Source of the DNA: Candidatus Falkowbacteria bacterium
Lineage (GTDB): Bacteria > Patescibacteriota > Patescibacteriia > Patescibacteriales > UBA12465
Direction: 5' to 3'
Assembly: GCA_037132255.1 (NCBI GenBank)
Contig: JBAXPN010000001.1
Location: 191,395 to 255,394 of the forward strand
DNA length: 64,000 bases
In this document: positions 56,375 through 64,000 of the stretch, piece after piece
How the letters are laid out: every line of letters begins with the position of its first letter
Numbering within the stretch: the first letter of the stretch is position 1
The notes under the pieces: generated by a model
The model's database searches: none
What the model was told of the DNA's origin: nothing
What the model saw: only the letters and a program-made list of their open reading frames with translations
Made by a program: the position numbers and the translations under genes

Positions 56375-57302
56375 TAACTATAATCGTATGTTAAAAAAGA
56401 ATATCTTCAAGATAATCGCGGTTATAGCTATCGCCGTTTTAGCTTACTTTGTTTTACAAACTAAGCCAGCAATTAATGAAGCAGTCGTTGTTCCTGGTAT
56501 TAACAATGATAATCTTTTTAACGTAAAAACCTGCGAATACTTGATTGACAAAAATATATCATCTAATTCTCAGTATTTCGGAAATGACGTTAAAGCTGAT
56601 TTTAATAAGGATGGTTTAGAAGATGACGCCTTAATTATTATCCAGAATTCAGAGGGAAGCGGTGTGTTTTATTATATTGTTGCCGCGCTCCGTAGCGAAA
56701 CAGGATGTATTGGCACAAACGCGATTTTGCTAGGAGACCGAATCGCTCCGCAAAATACTGAATATGTAAACGGCGAGATTGTCGTTAATTATGCCGATCG
56801 TCGAGTAAGCGAGGCGATGACCGTCACACCTTCTATTGGTGTATCGCGCTACTTTAAAGTTGAGAACGGAAAATTAATTGAAATTATAAAGGAAGCAGCT
56901 AAAACTCCAAATAATTATAAAAACAGCGAATACGGATTTGAATTAAACTTGCCCGATTCTTGGCTCGGATATTCAATTGTCACTGAAAACTGGAACGGTC
57001 AATTACTTATTGAACCGAACACAAAGTATCAAGGTCCAAAAATATTAATTCGTAATCCGAAGTGGTCAGCGAAAGCACATTGGCAAGATATTCCAGTATT
57101 AGTTTTCACACCAGCGGAATGGAAATTAATCCAGGAAGAGAACTTGGGTATTAGTGCCGCTCCAATTGGTCCAAGCAAGCTCGGAGAAAATTCTGCATAT
57201 ATTTTTGCTCTACCACCACGTTGGCTTGGCTTTACTGATGATTTAGGCCAAGATGAAGCAGCTGAAATTGTAAAAACATTTAAAGCATACGGGATTAAAT
57301 AA
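56349..57302 (+). CDS. Hypothetical membrane-anchored / secreted protein
   Basis: One N-terminal TM (IIAVIAIAVLAYFVL). No recognisable family. An internal ATG at 56388 is an alternative start. Confidence 0.45.
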   Translation: MKKILLNNNNYNRMLKKNIFKIIAVIAIAVLAYFVLQTKPAINEAVVVPGINNDNLFNVKTCEYLIDKNISSNSQYFGNDVKADFNKDGLEDDALIIIQNSEGSGVFYYIVAALRSETGCIGTNAILLGDRIAPQNTEYVNGEIVVNYADRRVSEAMTVTPSIGVSRYFKVENGKLIEIIKEAAKTPNNYKNSEYGFELNLPDSWLGYSIVTENWNGQLLIEPNTKYQGPKILIRNPKWSAKAHWQDIPVLVFTPAEWKLIQEENLGISAAPIGPSKLGENSAYIFALPPRWLGFTDDLGQDEAAEIVKTFKAYGIK

Positions 57303-57370
57303 GCAGAGACACTTGTTTTATTCTAACTTTGAGACTAAACTATTTATACGTTAATCAATTAATTAATATT

Positions 57371-58045
57371 ATGAAAAATTTTAATCGTGATGGGGGAGGA
57401 GATCGTAAATTTGGCGGCGACCGAAAATTCGGTGGTGACTTTAAAAAACGTGGATTTGGTGGAGGAGGCGGAGGCTTCGGCGGAGACAGACGTGACCGTG
57501 GCGACAGACCAGAGATGTTTAAGGCTGTCTGCGCTGATTGTGGCGCTGCTTGCGAAGTTCCATTTAAACCAAGTGGCAATCGACCCGTTTTATGCAGTAA
57601 TTGCTTCAAGGGAAGTGATCGGCCAGAAGGACGTCGTGAAGAAAGAAGATTCAGCGATAAGCCAATGTTTACGGCTACCTGCAGTTCTTGCGGCAATAAC
57701 TGCGAAGTTCCATTTAAGCCAACTAGCGGCAAACCTGTTTTCTGCAGTAATTGCTTCAAGCAAGGCGATGCTCCAAGCGCAGCTCCAAGACATGAGCACC
57801 ATCAAGCTGACAACAGCAAATTAGAAGAAAGACTAGAGGCAATTAACTCTAAATTGGAGAAAATATTAAAGTTTTTGAACCCATCTATTGTTTCTGAGCC
57901 TGTTAAAATCGTTAAAGAAGAAAAGGCAATTGTTAAAGAACTTAAACCGGTAGTAAAACTTAAGGCTTCCAAGCCAGAAAAGAAAGAAAAAGTCGAAACA
58001 AAAAAAGCGATCAAAAAACCAGTAAAAAAATCTGCAAAGAAATAG
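57371..58045 (+). CDS. RGG-box protein with two tandem CxxC-x17-CxxC zinc-ribbon domains and a Lys-rich C-terminal tail (putative nucleic-acid-binding protein)
   Basis: N-terminal RDGGGDRKFGGDRKFGGDFKKRGFGGGGGGFGGDRRDRGDR. Two copies of C-x2-CG-x2-CEVPFKP-x5-PV-x-CSNCF (CADCGAACEVPFKPSGNRPVLCSNC and CSSCGNNCEVPFKPTSGKPVFCSNC) each have exactly 17 residues between the CxxC pairs. The C-terminal tail is KKxKxxKK-rich. The ORF-track start at 57329 is probably too far upstream. Confidence 0.6.
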   Translation: MKNFNRDGGGDRKFGGDRKFGGDFKKRGFGGGGGGFGGDRRDRGDRPEMFKAVCADCGAACEVPFKPSGNRPVLCSNCFKGSDRPEGRREERRFSDKPMFTATCSSCGNNCEVPFKPTSGKPVFCSNCFKQGDAPSAAPRHEHHQADNSKLEERLEAINSKLEKILKFLNPSIVSEPVKIVKEEKAIVKELKPVVKLKASKPEKKEKVETKKAIKKPVKKSAKK

Positions 58046-58168
58046 GGGTTTACTTATTAGTAAATACGTGCTATTATAAAAGGGCATAATTTTATTGGTT
58101 AGAAAAGTCGTCGAGTTTCAAAAATATATCAAAAAAAATTGCAACTTTATTTACTAAGTCTAAAATAA

Positions 58169-58366
58169 ATGACTGGTGTTATCAAAAGTTTAACTGACAA
58201 AGGATTTGGCTTCATCACTGTTGAAGGCCAAGAGAAAGATTTATTCTTTCACAGCAATGCTTTAGTTGGAGTTTCATACAATGAACTTCACGAAGGTCAA
58301 ACTGTTTCTTTTGAGCAGGAACAATCAGCTAAAGGAATGAACGCGGTAAACGTTAAGCTTGCCTAA
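58169..58366 (+). CDS. Cold-shock protein (CspA family)
   Basis: GVIKSLTDKGFGFITVEGQEKDLFFH contains the RNP1/RNP2 motifs. Confidence 0.85.
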   Translation: MTGVIKSLTDKGFGFITVEGQEKDLFFHSNALVGVSYNELHEGQTVSFEQEQSAKGMNAVNVKLA

Positions 58367-58378
58367 TCAATCTTTTAC

Positions 58379-58414
58379 CAAAAAACCCTCTGGTTCAGCC
58401 AGAGGGTTTTTTGT
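58379..58414 (+). terminator. Rho-independent terminator
   Basis: Hairpin CCCTCTGG-TTCAG-CCAGAGGG followed by T6. Confidence 0.85.
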
Positions 58415-58468
58415 TTTCCGAACAAAAATTTTGTGATATAATAATGCTTATTAAATAAATACAAAATT

Positions 58469-59272
58469 ATGAAAAAATTTCTACTAGCGATGATGATTTT
58501 TTCAATTATTTTTGCAGTAAGCGGCGTTGTGCTTGCTCAAGAATTAGAAAAAATTCCTTCTCCTGATCAAATTAAGAATTTTAAAATGATCAAGAAAGAT
58601 GGCGGTGCTTTATTCGGAGTACGAATAAACACAAGTTCAAACCCACTAATACCAAGACAAGAGAGGGCCACTGGCACGCTTGAAAGACAAGAACGCGCTT
58701 CAAGCGAAGTAATACGAGCAACAGGCACATCCCCAATTCTTGAAAAAATATTACATCCAGGTGAAATAAAATTATTTGAAAAAATAAAACAAATCGGAAC
58801 TGCTCTGTGGGGGATTAGAAAGGGTGATGTAAAAAATCCTAATGAGAGCCCAAAGCCAATGGAAGCGAGACCAATATTAGTTAAGCCCGTCGCTGTTCAA
58901 TGCGTTAAAAGCGCAATTGATAAAAAGGATACTTCTTTAACCAGCTCTATGGCTAGCAGTAGCGAGGCGCTGATTTCAACCATTAACAATCGAAATGCCT
59001 GTCAAAAATCAGCTCTAGATAAAACTACTGAGCAAGAACAATTCGAAGCTAATAAGATCTGTGTTAATTCTTTTCAGACAAGCAGCAAAAACACCAACGA
59101 ATCCTTAAAAAAATCCCGGAATGATGCTTGGAAAATTTACCGAGACGATCTTAAAGAGTGCTCAGTATTGCAAAGAGAAAGTAACGCTACTAGCACAATA
59201 TCCGGCGCTACTAGTGCTAATAATGAAATCATGATTAATGATGGCGAAGAAAATAACGAAATTGTTAAATAG
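58469..59272 (+). CDS. Hypothetical secreted protein with an internal duplication
   Basis: Signal peptide; (P/H)(S/G)(D/E)IK.F(K/E)(M/K)IKK.G.ALWG(V/I)R occurs twice (aa ~30-55 and ~95-120). Confidence 0.45.
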   Translation: MKKFLLAMMIFSIIFAVSGVVLAQELEKIPSPDQIKNFKMIKKDGGALFGVRINTSSNPLIPRQERATGTLERQERASSEVIRATGTSPILEKILHPGEIKLFEKIKQIGTALWGIRKGDVKNPNESPKPMEARPILVKPVAVQCVKSAIDKKDTSLTSSMASSSEALISTINNRNACQKSALDKTTEQEQFEANKICVNSFQTSSKNTNESLKKSRNDAWKIYRDDLKECSVLQRESNATSTISGATSANNEIMINDGEENNEIVK

Positions 59273-59296
59273 ATATTTATCTAAATAGTAAAACAA

Positions 59297-59322
59297 AAGA
59301 GAGGACAAAACCTCTTTTTTGT
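59297..59322 (+). terminator. Rho-independent terminator
   Basis: Hairpin GAGAGG-ACAAAA-CCTCT followed by T6. Confidence 0.6.
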
Positions 59323-59380
59323 TTGTTCACGAATATCGGCCATGATATACTTAAAATGAAGTTAACGCCAAAATAATCTT

Positions 59381-60628
59381 ATGAAATACGATTTAGCGAT
59401 AATTGGAGCCGGGCCGGCTGGCCTTATGGCTGCCTGCCGCGCCACTGAACTTGGCGCCTCAGTTATTATTTTAGAAAAAAACAAAAGACCAGGAATAAAG
59501 CTTCTTACGACAGGTGGCGGGCGTTGTAATTTTACCAATAATATTCCCGACCCAAAAATCTTAGCCTCTTATTATCTTCCCAATAATAAATTCCTTATTT
59601 CCGCTTTTTCCCGTTTCGGAAGCAGAGAGACAATTAATTTCTTTAATACTCACGGAGTAACTACAAAAATAGAAGCAAACGGCCGCGTATTTCCGCTTAG
59701 TAATTTAGCGACTGATATTCTAAACGTTCCTCTAAATATAATCAAAAATAATTCCTGCGAGCTGAAATACGGCGCTGAGGTAAAAAAAATTACGAGTCGC
59801 CAGAATAAGATAGAGAAAATTATTTTAAATAATGGAGAAAGTATCACAGCAGATAATTATTTAATTGCGACTGGCGGTCGCTCTTATCCGCTGACCGGAT
59901 CCAGTGGGGAAGCTTACGGCTGGCTCACGCAATTAGGCCATAAGATTATTAAACCCCGACCGGCTTTAGTTGCAATTCACCTCAAAGAAAAATTTATTCC
60001 TGACTTAGAAGGTTTAAGCCTTGAGAATATTAAACTAAATCTTTACGGAAATAATAAAAAAATAAGTGCCGCTCGCGGTGATATAATATTTACGCGAAAT
60101 GGACTAAGCGGTCCCGCCGCTCTTAATCTTAGCCGAGAAATTGATTTGTTTTCGAATCAAAAATACCGCCTTGAACTAGACTTTAAACCGGAAAGTACTG
60201 AGACGGAGTTAGCTAATTATCTCCAAAAAATATTTCACTCCGGACAAAAAATATTTCGCAATATTTTAGAGGGCCTGATTGCGCCAAAATTTATTCCGGT
60301 CTTAATTAAACTTACTGGCATTAATCCCGAGAAGCAGGCAAATTCTATTACCAAAGATGAAAAGACTATAATTATCAATTGTTTAAAAAAATTAGAATTA
60401 ACAGTTCTTGGTCTGGGCGATTTTGATCAGGCCATGGTCACGGCCGGAGGAATCGATTTAAAAGAAGTCGACCCGAAAACCATGCGCTCAAAAATAATTT
60501 CGAACTTATTCTTTGCTGGAGAAATACTGGATTTGACCGGACCAACTGGAGGCTATAATCTGCAACTCTCTTGGTCAACGGGCTATATAGCAGGGGAATC
60601 ATCCATTGACAAAAATATTCACTCGTGA
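59381..60628 (+). CDS. HI0933-family FAD-dependent flavoprotein (BaiN-like / aminoacetone-oxidase-like)
   Basis: DLAIIGAGPAGLMAA Rossmann motif, ...LTTGGGRCNFTN..., and a C-terminal ...FFAGEILD.TGPTGGYNLQ.... Confidence 0.75.
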   Translation: MKYDLAIIGAGPAGLMAACRATELGASVIILEKNKRPGIKLLTTGGGRCNFTNNIPDPKILASYYLPNNKFLISAFSRFGSRETINFFNTHGVTTKIEANGRVFPLSNLATDILNVPLNIIKNNSCELKYGAEVKKITSRQNKIEKIILNNGESITADNYLIATGGRSYPLTGSSGEAYGWLTQLGHKIIKPRPALVAIHLKEKFIPDLEGLSLENIKLNLYGNNKKISAARGDIIFTRNGLSGPAALNLSREIDLFSNQKYRLELDFKPESTETELANYLQKIFHSGQKIFRNILEGLIAPKFIPVLIKLTGINPEKQANSITKDEKTIIINCLKKLELTVLGLGDFDQAMVTAGGIDLKEVDPKTMRSKIISNLFFAGEILDLTGPTGGYNLQLSWSTGYIAGESSIDKNIHS

Positions 60629-60686
60629 TATTATTCTAGTCTAACAAAAGATTCGAATCTCCTTCATATATAAAGTCTATCTAAGT

Positions 60687-60726
60687 AAGTGGCCTTTGAG
60701 AGAAATCGGGTCACTTATTTTTTATT
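60687..60726 (+). terminator. Rho-independent terminator
   Basis: Imperfect hairpin AAGTGGCC...GGTCACTT followed by an A/T-interrupted T run. Confidence 0.5.
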
Positions 60727-62217
60727 ATGAACACTATTACAAGCTCAAAACAAGCTATCTCTTTAAGTAAAAAAACCGCAGAAATTACATTTTCTGATCT
60801 CGGCATCAGTAAATCAATTCTTGAGATTCTGAAGAATCTTAAACTCGAAACGCCAACTCCAATTCAACATCAAGCAATCCCAATCGCTCTCAAGGGACAA
60901 GATATTATTGGAATCGCTCAAACCGGGACTGGCAAAACATTTGCTTTTGGTATCCCAATTTTGCAACGTCTCGGCCTGGAAAAAGGTCAGGCGCTTGTTG
61001 TTGTACCAACCCGCGAATTAGCAATCCAAGTTGGCGATAGTTTAAAAAAATTAGGCATGAGTTTAGGACTCCGAATCGCGACTCTTATTGGTGGCGAAGC
61101 AATAGACCGTCAATTATTCATGCTAAGAAAGAAACCGCATATTATTGTCGCTACCCCCGGTCGTTTACTGGATCACTTAAAACGCCATACTGTTAAACTC
61201 GATCAAATTAAAATACTTGTACTTGATGAAGCCGATATGATGCTTGATTTAGGTTTTGCTCCACAAGTCGAAGAAATTCTCAAGCAAACTCCGAAAGAAA
61301 AACAAACAATGCTATTTTCCGCGACCATGCCAGCAACTATTGCGAAACTTGCCGCTAACCATTTGAAATTACCAATCAGTATTGAAGTTGCACCGCAGGG
61401 AACAACCGCAGAAAGAGTTGAACAAGAAGTCTTTGTTGTTAAACCAGCTGATCGCTTTTCACATCTTGAAAAAATTATTAAAGAACATGAGGGTTCAATC
61501 CTGGTTTTTGTTCGCACCAAACACGGCGTTAAAGAAGTAACCCAAAAATTATTTAACCTCGGACATAAGGCGACTGAGATTCATTCAAATTTATCTTTAA
61601 GTCGTCGTCGCGCCGCGCTTGATGCTTTTAAAAGTATGCACTCAAGAATTCTTGTGGCGACAGATGTGGCTGCGCGTGGTTTAGATGTTAATGGGATCGA
61701 ATTAGTTGTAAATTATAATTTGCCTGACGCATCTTCAGATTATGTCCATCGTATCGGTCGGACTGGTCGTGCGGGAAAAATTGGTAAAGCAATTTCATTT
61801 GCGACTCCTAATCAATTAAAAGATGTTAGAGATATTGAACGCTTAATTAATAAGACATTAGCGATCAAAGAATTTGCTCATTTTGACCAAGTTTCGAGCC
61901 GAAGCTTTGGGCCCCGTTCAGGCGGTGGACGCTCAAATTCAGGCCGACCAAATTCAGGTCGCTCAGGTGGCGCGCGCCAATCAAATAGTGGTCGCTCAAT
62001 TCTTGGACAAAGGCCAAGCGGTTCATATCAATCTAGCCAACCAGGCCAGTCTGGCCAATCAACAAACCAAAGCTCACGACCATCAGGTGTAAGCTCGACC
62101 AACTCTCGATTCGGTAGCGCAAAACCCGGCTTCAAAACAGGCTCCGGACGAACAAGCGGCTCAGCTAGCCGTCGACCTAATCCTCATTTTTTCAGTCGTA
62201 AAAATAACGAAAAATAA
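60727..62217 (+). CDS. DEAD-box ATP-dependent RNA helicase with a ~120-aa C-terminal RGG/SG-rich tail
   Basis: Q-motif; AQTGTGKT (motif I), DEAD (II), SAT (III) and HRIGRTGRAG (VI). The tail reads GPRSGGGRSNSGRPNSGRSGGARQSNSGRS.... Confidence 0.85.
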   Translation: MNTITSSKQAISLSKKTAEITFSDLGISKSILEILKNLKLETPTPIQHQAIPIALKGQDIIGIAQTGTGKTFAFGIPILQRLGLEKGQALVVVPTRELAIQVGDSLKKLGMSLGLRIATLIGGEAIDRQLFMLRKKPHIIVATPGRLLDHLKRHTVKLDQIKILVLDEADMMLDLGFAPQVEEILKQTPKEKQTMLFSATMPATIAKLAANHLKLPISIEVAPQGTTAERVEQEVFVVKPADRFSHLEKIIKEHEGSILVFVRTKHGVKEVTQKLFNLGHKATEIHSNLSLSRRRAALDAFKSMHSRILVATDVAARGLDVNGIELVVNYNLPDASSDYVHRIGRTGRAGKIGKAISFATPNQLKDVRDIERLINKTLAIKEFAHFDQVSSRSFGPRSGGGRSNSGRPNSGRSGGARQSNSGRSILGQRPSGSYQSSQPGQSGQSTNQSSRPSGVSSTNSRFGSAKPGFKTGSGRTSGSASRRPNPHFFSRKNNEK

Positions 62218-62242
62218 TTGAATATATAAATGGATATTAAAA

Positions 62243-62270
62243 GAGAGGACTGTTTGGCCCTCTTTTTTTA
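62243..62270. terminator. Terminator between convergent genes
   Basis: Hairpin GAGGAC...GCCCTC followed by T8. Confidence 0.55.
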
Positions 62271-62286
62271 TTTATCTTTCAACGAT

Positions 62287-63321
62287 TTACTTTTTCACTA
62301 ATTGCTGCAAACTTTTATACAAAATTTGTGCAAGTGATTCTTCGACAAAAATATCATGGATCTTACCTCCCGTTCTTTTTGAGTAATCACGGGGAATCGT
62401 ATTTCCCATTAATATCTTATCAAAGGGGTTATTATCAAATAACTTCCGGCGCCAAGATCTAACTAAGACAGGGTGCATGGCTAAAAAAATAATTAGCCTT
62501 GATCCTAATTCTTTTAACCTTTCTCCAGTCGAATTGGCGGTTTCGCCCGTGCAAACTTCATCCTCAGTTACAACGATCGCCTGGTCTTTAATATGCTCTA
62601 TATCAGCATATGCTATATCAGGGAAGTTAAAGTTTGCTTGGTAGTACTTAATTAGCTCAGTGATTTCTAACTCATCTTCAGCTTTAATTGTTATTGCATT
62701 ATTTAAGCCACGTTCTTTTAAGCTAAAAATAACTCTACTCCCAGTTAACTTAGCCAAACCAATAGCACGAACAATTGAACCTTTATCAGGAGCATAGATT
62801 TCCGGAATTTCGTCGAGGTAGGTTTTGATAGCAGATGAGAAGAGGGGCGATGGATCAAGTTCACGCATTACAATTCCATACTCGTCGCAAAATTGCTTCA
62901 TCTTGGGTGAATGTGGTGACACGGTGATGATTTCATCGACACCAGCATGTTTTAAGCGGTCAATAACCATGCGCAAACGGCAAACTTCATCAAGTTTTTC
63001 TTCGTGATCCTGACGCCTAAAAATTAAAAAGGCAATTACTGCAATCAAGTATTTCGCTTTATACTGTCGCTTTAAGGCCCAGATTGCTTCCAGCGCTTCT
63101 TCAAGCAATTCGCGATTATAAATACTTTGAAAATATACGACTGTTCTATTCTCGATTTCCTCGTAATGAGGAAATTTATCATCACATTCTTCGTCGGTAT
63201 ACTCAGCGATGTCGACATGACTAAAGACAAGCTCTTTGCCATGATATTCACCCAAATGTTTTAAAGTCGCAGCTGCCAAATGATGGTTTCCGCGACCACT
63301 GTAATAAAGGACTTTTTCCAT
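62287..63321 (-). CDS. Divergent ribose-phosphate pyrophosphokinase (PRPP synthetase)-like protein
   Basis: Collinear with Prs: LYYSGRGNHHLAAATLKHLG...VFSHVDIAEY aligns with LFSGNANPELAQKIA..LG...VSRFSDGE; IFRRQD with YARQDR; and VTEDEVCTGET with the PRPP loop VDDMIDTGGT. The motifs carry non-canonical substitutions. Confidence 0.5.
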   Translation of the reverse strand: MEKVLYYSGRGNHHLAAATLKHLGEYHGKELVFSHVDIAEYTDEECDDKFPHYEEIENRTVVYFQSIYNRELLEEALEAIWALKRQYKAKYLIAVIAFLIFRRQDHEEKLDEVCRLRMVIDRLKHAGVDEIITVSPHSPKMKQFCDEYGIVMRELDPSPLFSSAIKTYLDEIPEIYAPDKGSIVRAIGLAKLTGSRVIFSLKERGLNNAITIKAEDELEITELIKYYQANFNFPDIAYADIEHIKDQAIVVTEDEVCTGETANSTGERLKELGSRLIIFLAMHPVLVRSWRRKLFDNNPFDKILMGNTIPRDYSKRTGGKIHDIFVEESLAQILYKSLQQLVKK

Positions 63322-63490
63322 TTTTACCTGTTTTAGTGAAAATTTATGTTAATTTTAAATGTACTAATCAAAATTATTAATATTAAATTTAATCACTATT
63401 TAGCCATTTAGTCAAATATGTGGGATAATAATAAATAAGTAATGCGTAGTAATATTATAGATAAATGATTCCTAAATTTACTTTATATAT

Positions 63491-64000
63491 ATGATTCATA
63501 TAATTAAATATATTAAAACCGAAAATCTTGCGAACGAAACCGCCGCTTTCTATTTTGAAAAGCCCAGTAGTTTTACATATCGTGCAGGGCAATTTGGCGA
63601 TTTTACTATTATTAACCCGGTTGAAAGCGACGCGGAAGGGAATACGAGAACTTTTTCCCTCGTAAGCTCGCCTGAAGAAAACCATATTTCAATCGCGACG
63701 CGACTACGCGACACGGCGTTTAAACGCAATTTAAAAAAATTCACTCCTGGAATGGAAATTATATTCGATGCTCCTATGGGAATATTTACACTCGATAAAG
63801 ACATGGAGCGACCTGTAGTATTCTTGGCTGGAGGAATCGGTATAACTCCTTTTAAAAGTATTATTACGGATGCAAGCCTAAAAAAATTAAAGCAGAAAAT
63901 CTACTTATTTTATAGCAACAAAAAACCAGAAGATGCACCTTATCTTGAAGAGCTTAATTCTCTTGAGAAACTAAATCCGAATTTTAAAATGATAGCCATA
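63491..64000 (+). CDS. Ferredoxin-NADP-reductase-like FAD/NAD(P)-binding oxidoreductase, 3'-truncated by the window end
   Basis: The ORF runs open from ATG 63491 to the window end. It has RAGQFGDF...RTFSLVSSP (R-x-F-S FAD motif) and VFLAGGIGITPF (NAD(P) GGxGxxP motif). Confidence 0.6.
   Translation, partial: MIHIIKYIKTENLANETAAFYFEKPSSFTYRAGQFGDFTIINPVESDAEGNTRTFSLVSSPEENHISIATRLRDTAFKRNLKKFTPGMEIIFDAPMGIFTLDKDMERPVVFLAGGIGITPFKSIITDASLKKLKQKIYLFYSNKKPEDAPYLEELNSLEKLNPNFKMIAI

Noticed and set aside
57355-58087. Five overlapping ORFs of 70-145 aa on both strands in the ORF track (57355-57759 -, 57387-57824 +, 57590-57805 -, 57802-58014 -, 57866-58087 -)
   Set aside because: They are frame-shifted or antisense readings of the GC-rich RGG/zinc-ribbon gene and its Lys-rich tail. 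They have low-complexity translations and no start or terminator context. Only the + frame encoding the CxxC-x17-CxxC protein is coherent.
60640-60670. tRNA-like 'GATTCGAATCTCC' stretch
   Set aside because: It cannot be folded into acceptor, D and anticodon arms, and it lies inside the terminator and intergenic region before the helicase gene.
63455-63804. Two minus-strand ORFs (76 and 84 aa) near the window end
   Set aside because: They are antisense to a clearly recognisable FNR-like oxidoreductase ORF (R-x-F-S and GGxGxxP motifs) that runs off the window on the + strand.
1-64000. Possibility of an alternative genetic code (UGA=Gly, code 25), as in some Patescibacteria
   Set aside because: All recognisable housekeeping genes (dnaE, lysS, prfA and others) are full length with standard stops and no in-frame TGA is required. 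Release factor 1 is present, and RF2 cannot be assessed. The standard code 11 is assumed.
1-64000. CRISPR arrays, integrases/transposases, rRNA genes
   Set aside because: No regularly spaced direct repeats, no recognisable recombinase or transposase ORFs, and no rRNA-like conserved stretches were seen on reading the window.

Overview
The window reads as one contiguous chromosomal segment of a low-GC, small-genome bacterium of the Candidate Phyla Radiation / Patescibacteria type. It uses the standard genetic code (no in-frame UGA is needed), and almost all genes lie densely on the + strand. Genes recognisable from sequence include an RNase P RNA (rnpB), tRNA-Leu(CAA) on the - strand, tRNA-Gln(CUG), dnaE, parA/parB, mnmA, prfA-prmC, rplY, rpmE, ftsW/rodA, greA, lysS, a csp gene, a DEAD-box helicase, an ABC-F ATPase, galU, a DsbA/DsbB-like pair and a class I aldolase. 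Much of the rest is envelope and glycan biology: five glycosyltransferases, a polyprenyl-phosphate sugar transferase, a Wzx-like flippase, two O-antigen-ligase-like proteins (one fused to TPR repeats), an Ig-repeat surface protein, and a 1288-aa secreted protein with a permuted papain-like domain, two lamin-tail domains and two LamG domains.

The most interesting unexplained structures are:
- a cellulose-synthase-like module (BcsG-like protein, BcsA-family GT2, galU) that lacks PilZ, BcsB or c-di-GMP signalling partners;
- a low-GC islet directly after tRNA-Gln, carrying a GIY-YIG nuclease and very AT-rich membrane proteins, followed by a strongly promoted pair of tiny TM peptides;
- a MazG-like NTP pyrophosphohydrolase gene sitting between parA and parB;
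- an RGG plus tandem CxxC-x17-CxxC zinc-ribbon protein next to csp, with a DEAD-box helicase that has an RGG/SG tail;
- a ferritin-like gene apparently split by a frameshift in an A6 run;
- several unannotated small ORFs in long intergenic gaps.

No CRISPR array, integrase or transposase was seen. All calls come from reading the sequence and the supplied ORF translations; no database search was possible.
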